Shown: positions 9,798 to 20,600 of the stretch, piece after piece
How the letters are laid out: each line of letters opens with the position of its first letter
Numbering within the stretch: position 1 is the first letter of the stretch
Assembly (NCBI GenBank): GCA_001567355.1
Contig: JYNZ01000003.1
Location: 179,991 to 243,990, forward strand
Direction of reading: 5' to 3'
Length of the DNA: 64,000 nucleotides
DNA from: a candidate division WS6 bacterium OLB20
GTDB lineage: Bacteria > Patescibacteriota > Dojkabacteria > B142 > OLB20
Made by a program: the position numbers and the translations under genes
The notes under the pieces: model-generated
What the model saw: the letters and a program-made list of their open reading frames with translations, nothing else
What the model was told of the DNA's origin: nothing
Databases searched by the model: none

Positions 9798-10664
9798 ATG
9801 GGTATAACACGTAGCCGGCTCACACAGCCTGAAAACACAGTCGTATCCGGTCTGGTTTGCCTAATAGTCATAGCAATCGGAGTAACAGGGCTGTCAAACC
9901 GGTCGTCGACAGCAACCCGGACGGATATATCAGATGCTGCTGCAGTCATGGTCCAGGGGACCGAGCTCCAGGCCACAGAGGTTAACACACTGACAGCAAT
10001 GCTTACACCGCCTGTCCGGACGGCTGACCCCCAGCCGGAAGTAGCCTCATTTCAGTCCGCACGGCCTTCAGGCCCTGTAGCGGCACCTTCCACGACCCCG
10101 ACAGAAGTATTCAGAATACTCCCGTATCCCACCATAAACCTTGGCGTATGTCCTCGGACAATGCAGGAATGCATCCCCTGTAACAAGGGTGAGCAGTACT
10201 GCCGCCACCATGATGATGCACTGACAGGTTTTCTCGGGTGGGCATGCCAGAACAATAATCCCGGCAACATCCGTTATTCCCAGTTCAGGATAGATCTGAT
10301 AACGCAGTTTGGCGGACCGGCACCATGCGGCAGCGCAGGTCCCAATGAGAGCTCGCAGTACATGGTATTTGGTGATTACCTCGAAGGCAGATCTGCTCTT
10401 GGAGTGTACCTCGAAGCAATCGCAGGTGGCGGGCACCCGTCGTATCTTCCGGTGTGCGCAAATGGAGGCTGTACACTGCGTCAGTTTTTCAGTATCTACG
10501 CGCCAGCCGGCGACCAGAACAATCCGAACAGCTACTCAAATTATGTGGCGGCGTATATCGGGGTCAATGCGGATGTACATACACTCAGATGGATCCTGGA
10601 CAACAAAAAGGAACTGATGATCAACGCCATCCAGCAGCACGAAGGCTGGTTTGTGCAGGAGTGA
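9798..10664 (+). CDS. hypothetical membrane-anchored Cys-rich extracellular protein
   Basis: N-terminal hydrophobic helix (VVSGLVCLIVIAIGVTGL), then a Pro/Thr/Ala-rich linker and a Cys-rich C-terminal domain. Confidence 0.4.
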   Translation: MGITRSRLTQPENTVVSGLVCLIVIAIGVTGLSNRSSTATRTDISDAAAVMVQGTELQATEVNTLTAMLTPPVRTADPQPEVASFQSARPSGPVAAPSTTPTEVFRILPYPTINLGVCPRTMQECIPCNKGEQYCRHHDDALTGFLGWACQNNNPGNIRYSQFRIDLITQFGGPAPCGSAGPNESSQYMVFGDYLEGRSALGVYLEAIAGGGHPSYLPVCANGGCTLRQFFSIYAPAGDQNNPNSYSNYVAAYIGVNADVHTLRWILDNKKELMINAIQQHEGWFVQE

Positions 10665-10679
10665 TTTGCGCTTTGTGGC

Positions 10680-11603
10680 TTGTTTCCTGTACAGTTTACT
10701 ACTGTCCCCGTACGTCTTATTCTCAACAACCTGGATACTGCAACCCGTCTGGTACAGACCAACAGACTTCTTACATCGATCCTTGATGCACTGCCGTATG
10801 CGGTGATGATCCGGTCAAAAGGAGGCACGGTTCTGTTTAAAAACAGATCCTGCGGCGACGTCGCCCCGGAACACAGCATGACGCTTGATGGCATTCCCGA
10901 ACTTGAGCTTTGCACCTCACAGACCGGCAGTGAACGTGAACTGCTGCAGATACTGGCACATCAGCTGCGCACACCAGTCACAGGAGTCATCTGGAACGCT
11001 GAACTTGCAGCGGATGCCAGCGGCGAACAGCTGACAGACCTGCTCAGTAATATCCGCGAAAGCGGGGACAAACTGAACCGCACCGTAAAGGATCTGATAC
11101 TGGCGCTTGAACTTCAGCATGACCTTTCTGCGCATGCACCCGTAAGAGTTGACCTGATCACACTTCTGCGCGAGACTGCTGCAGCACTCGACCTCAGAGA
11201 CCGGACTGTCAATATTTCTGTCACCCGTAACCGGTCAGACGATCTGACTGTGTCTGCAGACCAGGAACTGCTGCGGTCCGCATTTCTGCATATCATGCAA
11301 AACAGCATCGATTATACGCAGGACAATACAACAGATATCCGAATCAGCCTCACACGGGACAGCAACAAAGTGGCAGTAAGCTTTAGCGATGACGGGCCGG
11401 GCATGGGTGAAGAGAGCAGCAGGGTAACAGAACGTTTTTACCGCGGCAGCATGTCAAGAAAAACAAAACCAGACGGAAACGGTCTTGGGCTGTATATCGC
11501 CGACCAGGTTGCAAAACGCCACAAAGGCAAGCTGACCGTCGATTCGAGTCCCTCAGGGACAACTGTATCCGTCGAAATTCCGACAGATGTTGCAGATTCG
11601 TAA
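10680..11603 (+). CDS. sensor histidine kinase (PAS-like + HisKA + HATPase_c), apparently cytoplasmic
   Basis: H-box ILAHQLRTPVTGV. N/G boxes DDGPGMG...GNGLGLYIADQVAKRHKG. No transmembrane segment upstream. Confidence 0.65.
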   Translation: MFPVQFTTVPVRLILNNLDTATRLVQTNRLLTSILDALPYAVMIRSKGGTVLFKNRSCGDVAPEHSMTLDGIPELELCTSQTGSERELLQILAHQLRTPVTGVIWNAELAADASGEQLTDLLSNIRESGDKLNRTVKDLILALELQHDLSAHAPVRVDLITLLRETAAALDLRDRTVNISVTRNRSDDLTVSADQELLRSAFLHIMQNSIDYTQDNTTDIRISLTRDSNKVAVSFSDDGPGMGEESSRVTERFYRGSMSRKTKPDGNGLGLYIADQVAKRHKGKLTVDSSPSGTTVSVEIPTDVADS

Positions 11604-11639
11604 TACAGGCGCTATTATGGTGTAAAGTACTTTCCTACC

Positions 11640-12026
11640 ATGACTAAACACACCGTCCTGATCGTCGAAGATGAAGGCCCTCTGCTGCAAGCCCTTACTA
11701 CACAATTTGCAGGTAAGGAATTTGATGTTTTTCAGGCCCACAACGGGAGTGAAGGGCTGGAGCAGGCAGCAAAAAACAAGCCAGAAATCATTCTTCTTGA
11801 CCTGAATATGCCCAAAATGGACGGTGCCACGTTCATGGAGCATCTGCGCCAGGACGAATGGGGCAAGGATGTTCCTGTAATCATTCTCACAAACCTGCAG
11901 CCTGACGATACAATAATCAACTCTCTCGCACGTACCAATCCGGCATACTACCTGATCAAGGCCGAGTGGGACCTGGCAGGGATAGTTGATAAGGTGATGG
12001 AAGTTCTGCAATCCCATCCTGCCTGA
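11640..12026 (+). CDS. single-domain response regulator (REC only, CheY-like)
   Basis: VLIVEDE...ILLDLNMPKMDG...VIILT is the receiver-domain acidic pocket with a phospho-acceptor Asp. 128 aa with no output domain. Confidence 0.65.
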   Translation: MTKHTVLIVEDEGPLLQALTTQFAGKEFDVFQAHNGSEGLEQAAKNKPEIILLDLNMPKMDGATFMEHLRQDEWGKDVPVIILTNLQPDDTIINSLARTNPAYYLIKAEWDLAGIVDKVMEVLQSHPA

Positions 12027-12170
12027 GTACCATAAACATATCATAACCCGTGCCCATACGCGTGTAAGATATTCTCCACAGTAGCGTTTGTTTGTACAAT
12101 CTGCTCGAAAAGCCTGCCATGGGTCTTTGTTTAACTCATGGTATAATTATTGATATATAACAGGTATTGA

Positions 12171-14003
12171 ATGGAGTTTGTATCCGGCACACAAAACGGA
12201 GGCGTTATTGAGGAGTTGATGCAGGTGACTGCAGAACGCGCCGAGCAGCACAAGCGCCTGAGCGGCTCACGCCGTGTCCATGGCGAACGCATGAATCAGA
12301 TACTCACGGGTGATCCCACCTTCCGGCTCAACAGGGCACATCTGCTTGCCGTTACTATCCATGACATGATTACCAAGGGCAGCCGAACCAGCGAACAACT
12401 GGACATGGACTTTATTGGAGACTACGTGGAGATTCTCAGCAGTCCCGGTGCAAGCTATACAGACCAGACAGAGGGTCTGTATGCACTTGGCCTGGCACTT
12501 GCAAAACACCGTCTGGAGCACCGTCTCGAGGAATGGCGTGCACGCTTCACACTCGACAGGTCAGATGCAGATCCGCTGTCTGCCGAGGAGGATGAATTTC
12601 TTAACAGTGTTATCGCCGGATCTCTGCAGACGCGGGGGATCCCGGACAGCCCCGAAATGGTCGGATCAGTTAGGGCACAGATATCCCAGGCGCTGTTTGA
12701 CGGAGGTGCAGCGGTTACACCCGAGATGCGAGCATTCCGGCTGCCGCTGGATCTGTTGCATCTGATTGAAACCATGCAGGAGACGGATCTTGATGCGATA
12801 CGACTCTACGGTGCCGAGCAGCTTGATAATCTCAACTTTCCAAATCCGGACAGACCGGCATCAACCTGGCGCGACTCAATGGAATCATTGTGGCTCGCAG
12901 CGATGCTCCAGATCATTACAGACGACCGGCTGGCAAGTGCGCTCCGCTCGGCATCATATCGCTACCTTAATGCTGACTCTCCGTTTATGCAGCGTGCGGT
13001 TATCATTCATAATGACGGCGAGGAATATGTTGCCAGAAACACGGCACGTATCGAGGACATCATGCAGGATGCGTACACGGAGACCTGTATACTGCACGGC
13101 GTGGTGCCCGGGATTGCAGAGCAGTCACACCGGGTAAAGAAGATCGGATCGATCCTGGAAAAACTCAGCAGGAACAGGGCTGATGCTCAGGAGGGAACAG
13201 TTGCCGATGGTATAGGTTATCTGGCAAAAGTACCCGACCTGCCGCCACATATCAACAAGCCGCTGTTTATGTTTGAAATGGGTGTCCAGCTTGCTAAAGA
13301 CCTGCAGAAAGCCAACCTGAATCTGCGCATCGGGCACACACGGGAACAGGATCATACAGTGGAAATCAATTACGGCTCACCCGAGGAGGTACACAGGGCC
13401 ATAGAGCAGATTCAGAAGCGGCACGACTTTCTGGAAATGGAGCAGGACGGTGACATCTATACGGTCAAAATCCACATCAGCAAGCGTAATTCCCCGGACG
13501 GTCAGACGGGACGTGCATTTCATGTTGTACTTGGACCAGCAAGAAAACCACGCTTTGCCGATAACGGACAGCCCGGTTATCAGGGAGTACATGTCAGTGC
13601 GGTCTACGAACGTCCGCACTCAGCCCATGACGGGGGAACATCCAGAAACGGTGCAGAGTTCAGAATTGTTGAGGAGACAGCAAAAGAGAACAATGATATC
13701 GGATATGCTGCAGACTTTCTCTACCGTGCCGAGAATGCGATGGGGCTTCTGGGCGAACTTGTCAGAGCAGAGGAATACACCCTGGCAAGCAATCTGGTTA
13801 CAGAACAGCTCGCCAAGATCAAACGGATCCATACCCGTTCAGCGTTGCTTCGCACGGGTACACATCTGTGGCTGCACCCGATTACACTGAATCAGCTGAT
13901 AGTACTGGGGAATCAATTACCCAAGCTGCAGACGCTTGTAGCGAGGCACTACAACGATCTGTATCCTGCAGATTATCAGGATATCCTTCGCGATCTACTA
14001 TAA
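12171..14003 (+). CDS. hypothetical 610-aa protein
   Basis: Long ORF with no TM and no motif I can assign. Sits between the two-component genes and the surface-protein operon. Confidence 0.45.
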   Translation: MEFVSGTQNGGVIEELMQVTAERAEQHKRLSGSRRVHGERMNQILTGDPTFRLNRAHLLAVTIHDMITKGSRTSEQLDMDFIGDYVEILSSPGASYTDQTEGLYALGLALAKHRLEHRLEEWRARFTLDRSDADPLSAEEDEFLNSVIAGSLQTRGIPDSPEMVGSVRAQISQALFDGGAAVTPEMRAFRLPLDLLHLIETMQETDLDAIRLYGAEQLDNLNFPNPDRPASTWRDSMESLWLAAMLQIITDDRLASALRSASYRYLNADSPFMQRAVIIHNDGEEYVARNTARIEDIMQDAYTETCILHGVVPGIAEQSHRVKKIGSILEKLSRNRADAQEGTVADGIGYLAKVPDLPPHINKPLFMFEMGVQLAKDLQKANLNLRIGHTREQDHTVEINYGSPEEVHRAIEQIQKRHDFLEMEQDGDIYTVKIHISKRNSPDGQTGRAFHVVLGPARKPRFADNGQPGYQGVHVSAVYERPHSAHDGGTSRNGAEFRIVEETAKENNDIGYAADFLYRAENAMGLLGELVRAEEYTLASNLVTEQLAKIKRIHTRSALLRTGTHLWLHPITLNQLIVLGNQLPKLQTLVARHYNDLYPADYQDILRDLL

Positions 14004-14106
14004 GTTGACACGCACCGATCCGCGATATAAGCCCATAGTTACAAACCGGATGCTTGTCGTTTATTGCAGGAGGCAGTATGCTAAATAGCATAGAACGTTT
14101 TGCTAA

Positions 14107-15348
14107 ATGAAGCATTCATCTCTACTGACTGTACCGGTTGTTATTCTGCTTGCGACATTTGCGACACTCCATGTGCACGCGCAAAACCTTGACTCCGGCA
14201 GTTATACAATACTGGACGCAACAGTTGATAACGGCGGGGGAACTGTAACCGGCACGAATTATGACGGGATCATCTCAATTGGCAATCCTACCGCCGATGC
14301 ACGACTGACCAGCGGTAGCTACGAACTGAAGTCGGGCTTTCCTAACGGTCTGCTCGCCAATGTTCCTCTATTAAACTGTTTTGAGACCGATACGACATCA
14401 GGCAACACCGACTGTACCTATTTTCCTAATGCAAACGGCGCCCAGGGAGAATGCGGTACACCGGGATGCTACGACCGTGCCAAACTAGAAATTGACGATG
14501 CCGGTAATCCTGTTGATGCGGTCTACCTCGTCAGGATTGAAGATCTGACTAATGCAGTAACGTATTATCTGCAGAGCGACCATACCCTCGATACCGGATA
14601 TGACCTTAATGACTTTATGACCCAGTGTGAACTTGAGGGTATAGATCCCGATGACACGACCTGTGATGATTCGGGAGACGGGGCGTGGAGCGAGTCACTT
14701 CAGTCTGCAAACATTCTCGGGCTGACACCAGACACAACATTTGAAGTCTCAGTTAGTGCCCTGAGCGGCGATTTTACCGGTACTCGTTTCAGCGAAGCTT
14801 TAACCGAAACGACCCTCTCACCGACTATCAGTTTTGACATTGATGTCGCGTCTACCGATACAGAATCATCAGCACCGTACGAACTGGAGATCGGCGAACT
14901 CATTTATGTTGCAGTAACAACCGCTGCGGACACTATCTGGCTGGATCTCGGCACAAACGCAGTCAATGGCGCGAACGTGTACGTCCGCGACACTGCCGGC
15001 CAGCTTGAATCAACTCTGACGGGAGAGACCGTTCCGTCAGAAAGCGAAGACCTGGCGTCAGACCCGAATAACAACGGTGGCTATGGCATCAAGATAGCCT
15101 CCACAACACAAAGCACTCTCGGTCCTCTGCAGACATCTGCGACCTATGATACGGCAGGAGCGCATGAGGTCGGCGCACTTAGCGGGACAAACGCGCTTCT
15201 GGTGTATACTGATACGACTGGCGGCAACCTTGGTCCGGTTTCGGGAGGCAGGGCTGGCATCAGTGTCAAGGCACGTTCTGCAGTCACAGATATTGCAGCC
15301 GGTGACCTGACAGATGATATTACCTTTATCTGTGTAGGAAACTTCTGA
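14107..15348 (+). CDS. secreted protein (signal peptide), Asp/Thr/Gly-rich
   Basis: MKHSSLLTVPVVILLATFATLHVHAQ is a signal peptide. 413 aa, acidic. First gene of the operon 14107..21839. Confidence 0.5.
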   Translation: MKHSSLLTVPVVILLATFATLHVHAQNLDSGSYTILDATVDNGGGTVTGTNYDGIISIGNPTADARLTSGSYELKSGFPNGLLANVPLLNCFETDTTSGNTDCTYFPNANGAQGECGTPGCYDRAKLEIDDAGNPVDAVYLVRIEDLTNAVTYYLQSDHTLDTGYDLNDFMTQCELEGIDPDDTTCDDSGDGAWSESLQSANILGLTPDTTFEVSVSALSGDFTGTRFSEALTETTLSPTISFDIDVASTDTESSAPYELEIGELIYVAVTTAADTIWLDLGTNAVNGANVYVRDTAGQLESTLTGETVPSESEDLASDPNNNGGYGIKIASTTQSTLGPLQTSATYDTAGAHEVGALSGTNALLVYTDTTGGNLGPVSGGRAGISVKARSAVTDIAAGDLTDDITFICVGNF

Positions 15349-15354
15349 TCTGAC

Positions 15355-16239
15355 ATGAGACGTATATTGCTTACAACAGCGGCGCTGTTTTTTTTAACTG
15401 CTTTTGCTGCAGCACCCGTGGCAGCTCAGGATACTAACGCATCTCTTTCTCTGTCACCTGCAATTCAGATTGTTGAAGAAGACGACCTCGGCAAAACCTT
15501 CACCATCAAACTGACTAATAACACCGGCAGCGATGTGACCATCACCCCGGAACTGACAGGCGTCGTAAGAGGAGAGGACGGCAAGACAGTACCTGCGGAA
15601 TCAGTACCCGAGGACAGTATCGACTTTGCAACCGAACCGTTTACTGTTCCTGCCGGCCAGACATATGACTTTCCTGTGCGTGTGCGACTTACACTCAGCG
15701 AAGTCGACACCTTTCCCGCTGTATCATTTACCGCGGCAAGTGGAGAAGAGCAGGTTGCCCTTAACACAAGTCTTGTCAGTATCTTTCTGGTGCAGAATGT
15801 AGCCGGGAGCCTGGGTATCGACTCGGATCTCGCAGTCAACCCCGGTGTAGTGGCCTTACAGCCCGATTTTTCGATCTCAGGATCAGTTCTCAATACCGGT
15901 GGAAAGTTTTACAATCCATCAGGCTCAATCAGGATCAGCAGGGATGGTCAGGTGCTCCATGAGGAGGAGATTACAACACAGATCCAGGGACTTCTGTTTC
16001 CGGAGGAGAGCAGAACATTTGCATCAATGTGGCGACTTGATCAAAACTTCCCTGAGAGTATCGGTACCTATGAGATCGAGGTGCGCATTACCCCCAACCC
16101 GTTTGAACAGACCCATGTGGCCCGTATTCAGGTGTTCTATCTGCCGCTGGAGGTTCTTGTTGTTGGAGTTCCCGTGTTTATTGTGATCCTGTCGCTGACA
16201 GGGTACATTTTTCTCCGTAAAAACAAGGCTGCAAGATAG
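15355..16239 (+). CDS. cell-surface protein with signal peptide and C-terminal membrane anchor
   Basis: N-terminal signal (AAPVAAQ). C-terminal VVGVPVFIVILSLTGYIFLRKNKAAR is a TM helix plus basic tail. This architecture resembles the DUF916/DUF3324 proteins of WxL-type surface loci. Confidence 0.5.
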   Translation: MRRILLTTAALFFLTAFAAAPVAAQDTNASLSLSPAIQIVEEDDLGKTFTIKLTNNTGSDVTITPELTGVVRGEDGKTVPAESVPEDSIDFATEPFTVPAGQTYDFPVRVRLTLSEVDTFPAVSFTAASGEEQVALNTSLVSIFLVQNVAGSLGIDSDLAVNPGVVALQPDFSISGSVLNTGGKFYNPSGSIRISRDGQVLHEEEITTQIQGLLFPEESRTFASMWRLDQNFPESIGTYEIEVRITPNPFEQTHVARIQVFYLPLEVLVVGVPVFIVILSLTGYIFLRKNKAAR

Positions 16240-16374
16240 TATACACCTTGACCGCACCCTCTGAATTGACTACACTTTTTTCAGCACTAGTACTGTTACA
16301 AAAGCCTTTTGTACAAACAAAATTCTGCCTACACGTATGCGACCCGTACATTCGCATGTACGGCAAGCATTATC

Positions 16375-17664
16375 ATGGGACTCATGTTCCTTACTTCTGT
16401 TGTATCCGCACAGGTTAACATTAACTCCAAGACCGAAGATTCCGATTCCCAGTTTTTTGAACTAAGTGATACTGACCAGCTGGTATCTAATACCGGTGGC
16501 GAATTCACACCCGGCGATACAACACCGACCCCCACGACTCCGCCGATTAATCAGCTGCCTGACACAGGTACCCAGGTTGATTCAAACATACCTGTTGTCA
16601 GGACGTTTCAGGAACAGATAGTGACGATAGAAGAACGTCTGATCAACAGCGAGACGACACCAGAATTCATCAAGAACATAGTTACAACGCTGGGGCTGCC
16701 GACAGCAACCGCTGTAGGGTTTTCCCTGGCTTTTCTGCCCGCAATTCTTACCCTGATACCACTGATACTGTCGCCGCAACTGCTGTTTCTGCTGCTCGGC
16801 GCTGTCTTTGGCGAGCAGAAGAATGTATGGGGTATCGTCATGGACTCCAAAACTAAAAAAGCTGTACCGTTTGCGGTTGTCAGACTGTTTGAGCAGAACA
16901 GCACTGCACAGATCACCCAGAAAGTCAGCGATCTTGAGGGGCGGTACGGTTTTGTACTGTCTGAGGGTAAATACAGAATCGAAGTCAGCCAGAGCGGCTA
17001 TACAACCTTTAAAAAGGACATTACGATTGCCAGCGATGAAGAACTGTTTACAGAGGACATTATGCTGGAAAAGGAGACATACGACAGCCCGCTCAAAGCG
17101 ATCACAAGAGCTTTCAGCGATATCAAGGCGTTGACGTTTAAATATAGTATCTATCTTGTCATCATAGGGTTTGTCTTCTCTGTACTGTCGCTCATTATTC
17201 AGTCAAGCTTCATCTCACAGCTGTTATTCCTATTCTACCTTGGGACACTTCTACTTTACGTATACATTCGCTTTCGCAAGAATAGAACCTGGGGAGTCAT
17301 TCTTGATTCTCAGACGGGACTCCGGATTTCCGGGGCCACTATCAGACTGTTTGACCCCCAGAACAGCCTTGCCGATACTCAGCTGTCTGATACACAGGGC
17401 AGGTTTGGCTTTCTTGCAGACCCCGGACAGTACTCATTATTAGTGTCTGCTTCGGGATATTCATTCCCGTCACAAAAGCAGAAAGACCTGCACAAGAATG
17501 ACGACAACAAGAAACTGCTCGATGTACACGTAAAGAAACCAAAATGGCTAAACCTTGCCATCCTGCTGGACCCGGGAGAGTCCGACAGCGATGCTGAACA
17601 ACCGGCAGCGTCTGTAAAGGCGCCGTCACAACCGTCTAATCTTTTATCACCGTTTGCAGGATGA
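16375..17664 (+). CDS. polytopic membrane protein with two carboxypeptidase-regulatory-like (CarbopepD_reg-like) domains
   Basis: Start at internal ATG 16375 (MGLMFLTSVVSAQ signal; track ORF begins 16309). Two repeats of GIVMDSKTKKAVPFAVVRLF...GRYGF / GVILDSQTGLRISGATIRLF...GRFGF are separated by hydrophobic segments. An LPDTG motif sits near the N-terminus. Confidence 0.5.
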   Translation: MGLMFLTSVVSAQVNINSKTEDSDSQFFELSDTDQLVSNTGGEFTPGDTTPTPTTPPINQLPDTGTQVDSNIPVVRTFQEQIVTIEERLINSETTPEFIKNIVTTLGLPTATAVGFSLAFLPAILTLIPLILSPQLLFLLLGAVFGEQKNVWGIVMDSKTKKAVPFAVVRLFEQNSTAQITQKVSDLEGRYGFVLSEGKYRIEVSQSGYTTFKKDITIASDEELFTEDIMLEKETYDSPLKAITRAFSDIKALTFKYSIYLVIIGFVFSVLSLIIQSSFISQLLFLFYLGTLLLYVYIRFRKNRTWGVILDSQTGLRISGATIRLFDPQNSLADTQLSDTQGRFGFLADPGQYSLLVSASGYSFPSQKQKDLHKNDDNKKLLDVHVKKPKWLNLAILLDPGESDSDAEQPAASVKAPSQPSNLLSPFAG

Positions 17665-20600
17665 AGCACACCATTCCGGGCATACTGAGAACTGCTGCAG
17701 CAATGCTGCTGTTCTTTGCAGTTGCGGCCGGCGGGGTTTATGCCCAGAACGCCCCCACGCGCGACACATACGAGTTTAAAAACAGGATCGTTGATGAGGA
17801 CGGTCAGGCCATACCTGACGGAACATACAACATGAAGTTTATCCTGTTTAATCAGGCTGGAGGGGGAACCGAGCTCTGGAGCGAGGCTAGGACGGTAGCC
17901 ACGCGCCGCGGCAACTTCAGTGTTGACCTGGGCTCTCTCAATCCGCTTCCCAAAAATGTGCTCGGCGAGACTGCTAATCTGTATCTTCATATCTGTCTCG
18001 ACTTCAACGGTGCCGACGGTGACGGCAGCGGTATCTGCGCAACACGGTATGAGGAAAACTTCCGTTCACGCAAGCGGATCACATCCGTGCCCTGGGCGCT
18101 GCGTTCATTTGCTCTGGGACCGGTATCGATCAACGAAGGAGGAGTCGGTTTTCCCATCAATGTTACAGGTGGCAACGGTACAATTACCTCATTCCGCTAC
18201 CTTGGAGGTGACAGACTGTCGATCGGCACAGACGGTACAACAACGTTTTCCAACGGAACTAACTCATTTAATATCAATCCCGGCTCACAGCGGATTAATC
18301 TGACCGGGGGGGCCGACATCTTTTTTGGTTCGTCTTCTCTTAAAAGCACTGGCGCTGGAGTTTCCGGTGCCACCATCATCGGTGTCAATCAGGCTAACTT
18401 TACAAATATCAGCGGTGCCAATGTACAGCAGGTTCTGGACTCTATCGATGATGCCATCGGTGGCGGAGGCGGTGGAGGAGGTCCGGAGACAGACCCTGTC
18501 TGGATTGCAGAAAAGGCTTCAGCCACATCTATAACCGGTGCATGGACATTTTCAGCTGCGCCGACATTCTCACAGGGGGTTGTCCTCGGCAATAACTCCG
18601 GAACAGCTGCAGGTACAATCAGATACACAGGCACGGACTTTGAAGGGTATAACGGCTCAAGCTGGCTTTCACTGACCGGCGGCGGAGGAGGAGGACCCGA
18701 AAGTGACCCTGTATGGAGCGCAGATCGTGATTCAGACCCGACAACGGTTGGTGCAGACTGGACATTCATTAGTCCGCTGACAACAGATGATCTGATTCCT
18801 GCATCAGATGATTCAGCAGTGATAGGTCAGGACGGCAGCCGCTACTCCGAGGGCCGGTTCAGCAACTTTGTCGGTATCGGTACCGATGCAAATTTTGCCG
18901 GTGACGCAGCTTTGCATATTGATTCCCGGGGGACAGCAGCTGTCTCCGGAGGCAACAACTATCCGGTCAGAATCAGTACAGAATATGACCCGACCGGTCT
19001 TGCCGGTACAGAAAACTTTAACAACATCTACATTACAAGTACGGTCAATGCAGGTGACGGGACGACGCTCAACCGCCAGCGTGGAGTGCGGACCGAACTG
19101 ACAAACAACAGCACAGGACCTCTGAACGGAATCTACAGCTCTTCCCATTCTGCCTGGAATAACGGTCCCATCAATGGCAGCCTGTACTCATACAGTGGCT
19201 TTGTTCAGAACAATGACAGTGTTACAGGATTTATCAATTCCGTCGGTACCACCGTCGAAAATAACGGCACCGCAGTAAATCTGCGATCCTTTGAATCGCT
19301 CATGAATAATAATGGCGACAACAGCTCTGCAATAGGATTACATATTATCGCTAACAACACGGGCAGCAATGCCGGAGGATTTTCCGGAGAGATCCTTACC
19401 ATCAATAATCAGGCCAGCGGCATAACCAACAACCTCTACGGGGAGGGAATAACAGTTACAAATAACGGAGAGGTAACCGGCCGGGGTCATGTCGGATGGT
19501 ACGGTTTTCACAACCATGGGACATTTTCGGATGTAGATCACGTCTTCTACGAATTCAATGCAGTTAACCATGCGACAGGATCATTGCCGCAATGGTACGG
19601 CTGGAGTAACATCCAGCGTAACGACGGCGAGGCTCGCGGCGGCTGGCTCAACATGCGCAACCAGATCTGGGTCGGTTCAACCGGAACGCACAGCGGTGGC
19701 ATTGATGTTCTTGGAAACATGGTACTGAACGAGGGATCCATCACTGGAGATGTGTTTACAGTGAACAACACAACGGCTTTTGGTTCAACCTCAGGCAACG
19801 TTTACGGCACAAGGAATACAGTAGGCTCCAACCACCTGCTCGAGAGTTTTCCGCATGCAGCGACAAATGTGTACGGAACGGTCAATGAGGTAATCGCTTC
19901 TGGTGGACAGGAGATCACAGCCAGTAACACCCTTACCGGACTGCGTAACGAAATCTACGGTCCGGTCAGCGCCGGGACGACCATGTACGGTATCTACAAC
20001 AATATCATCCCTGACGGCACAGCGTCCGAGTTTGCAGGTATTTACAACTTCATCGATCCATCCGCTGCCGGTGATCCGTCAGACTACTACGGAATGTATT
20101 CCAGCAATGGTATTTCTGAAGTATGGCTTAACTACCAGGGTACACCGGGCACCAATTACTCGATCTTTGGAGGACCTGCATACTTTGAGACAGTTGACAT
20201 AAACGGTGAAGAGAACAGACTGGCAAATACACCAGGATCTGCTGCTACAGCTGATCTTTACTACGGAAATGATCTGCTTTGCGATGTCAGCGAACCCAAC
20301 TGCGGTTCAGGCGGTGGCGGTGGTGGAAGCCTCTGGACAGATGACGGTTTCGGCAATATCTACTACGACACCGGAGGCGTTGGAATCGGCGCTCAGTCCC
20401 CGTACGGTGAAGGACTGTACATCGAAGGTGATGGTAATATCGGTCTCTCAGTATACAACGGCAGCGTCGGACTTGAAGGCCCTGTCGGCATCGGATCTAC
20501 AACATACAACGGCTTTAACAACGAAATGCTCTATATCGAGCGCCCGAACTCCAGCGCCCACATCCGCTTCCAGGATGGTGGCTGGGGTGACCCGTTCTCA

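Noticed and set aside
16531-16545. LPDTG sortase-like motif in the CarbopepD_reg membrane protein
   Set aside because: It lies near the N-terminus, not before a C-terminal TM helix and basic tail, so it is unlikely to be a sortase sorting signal.
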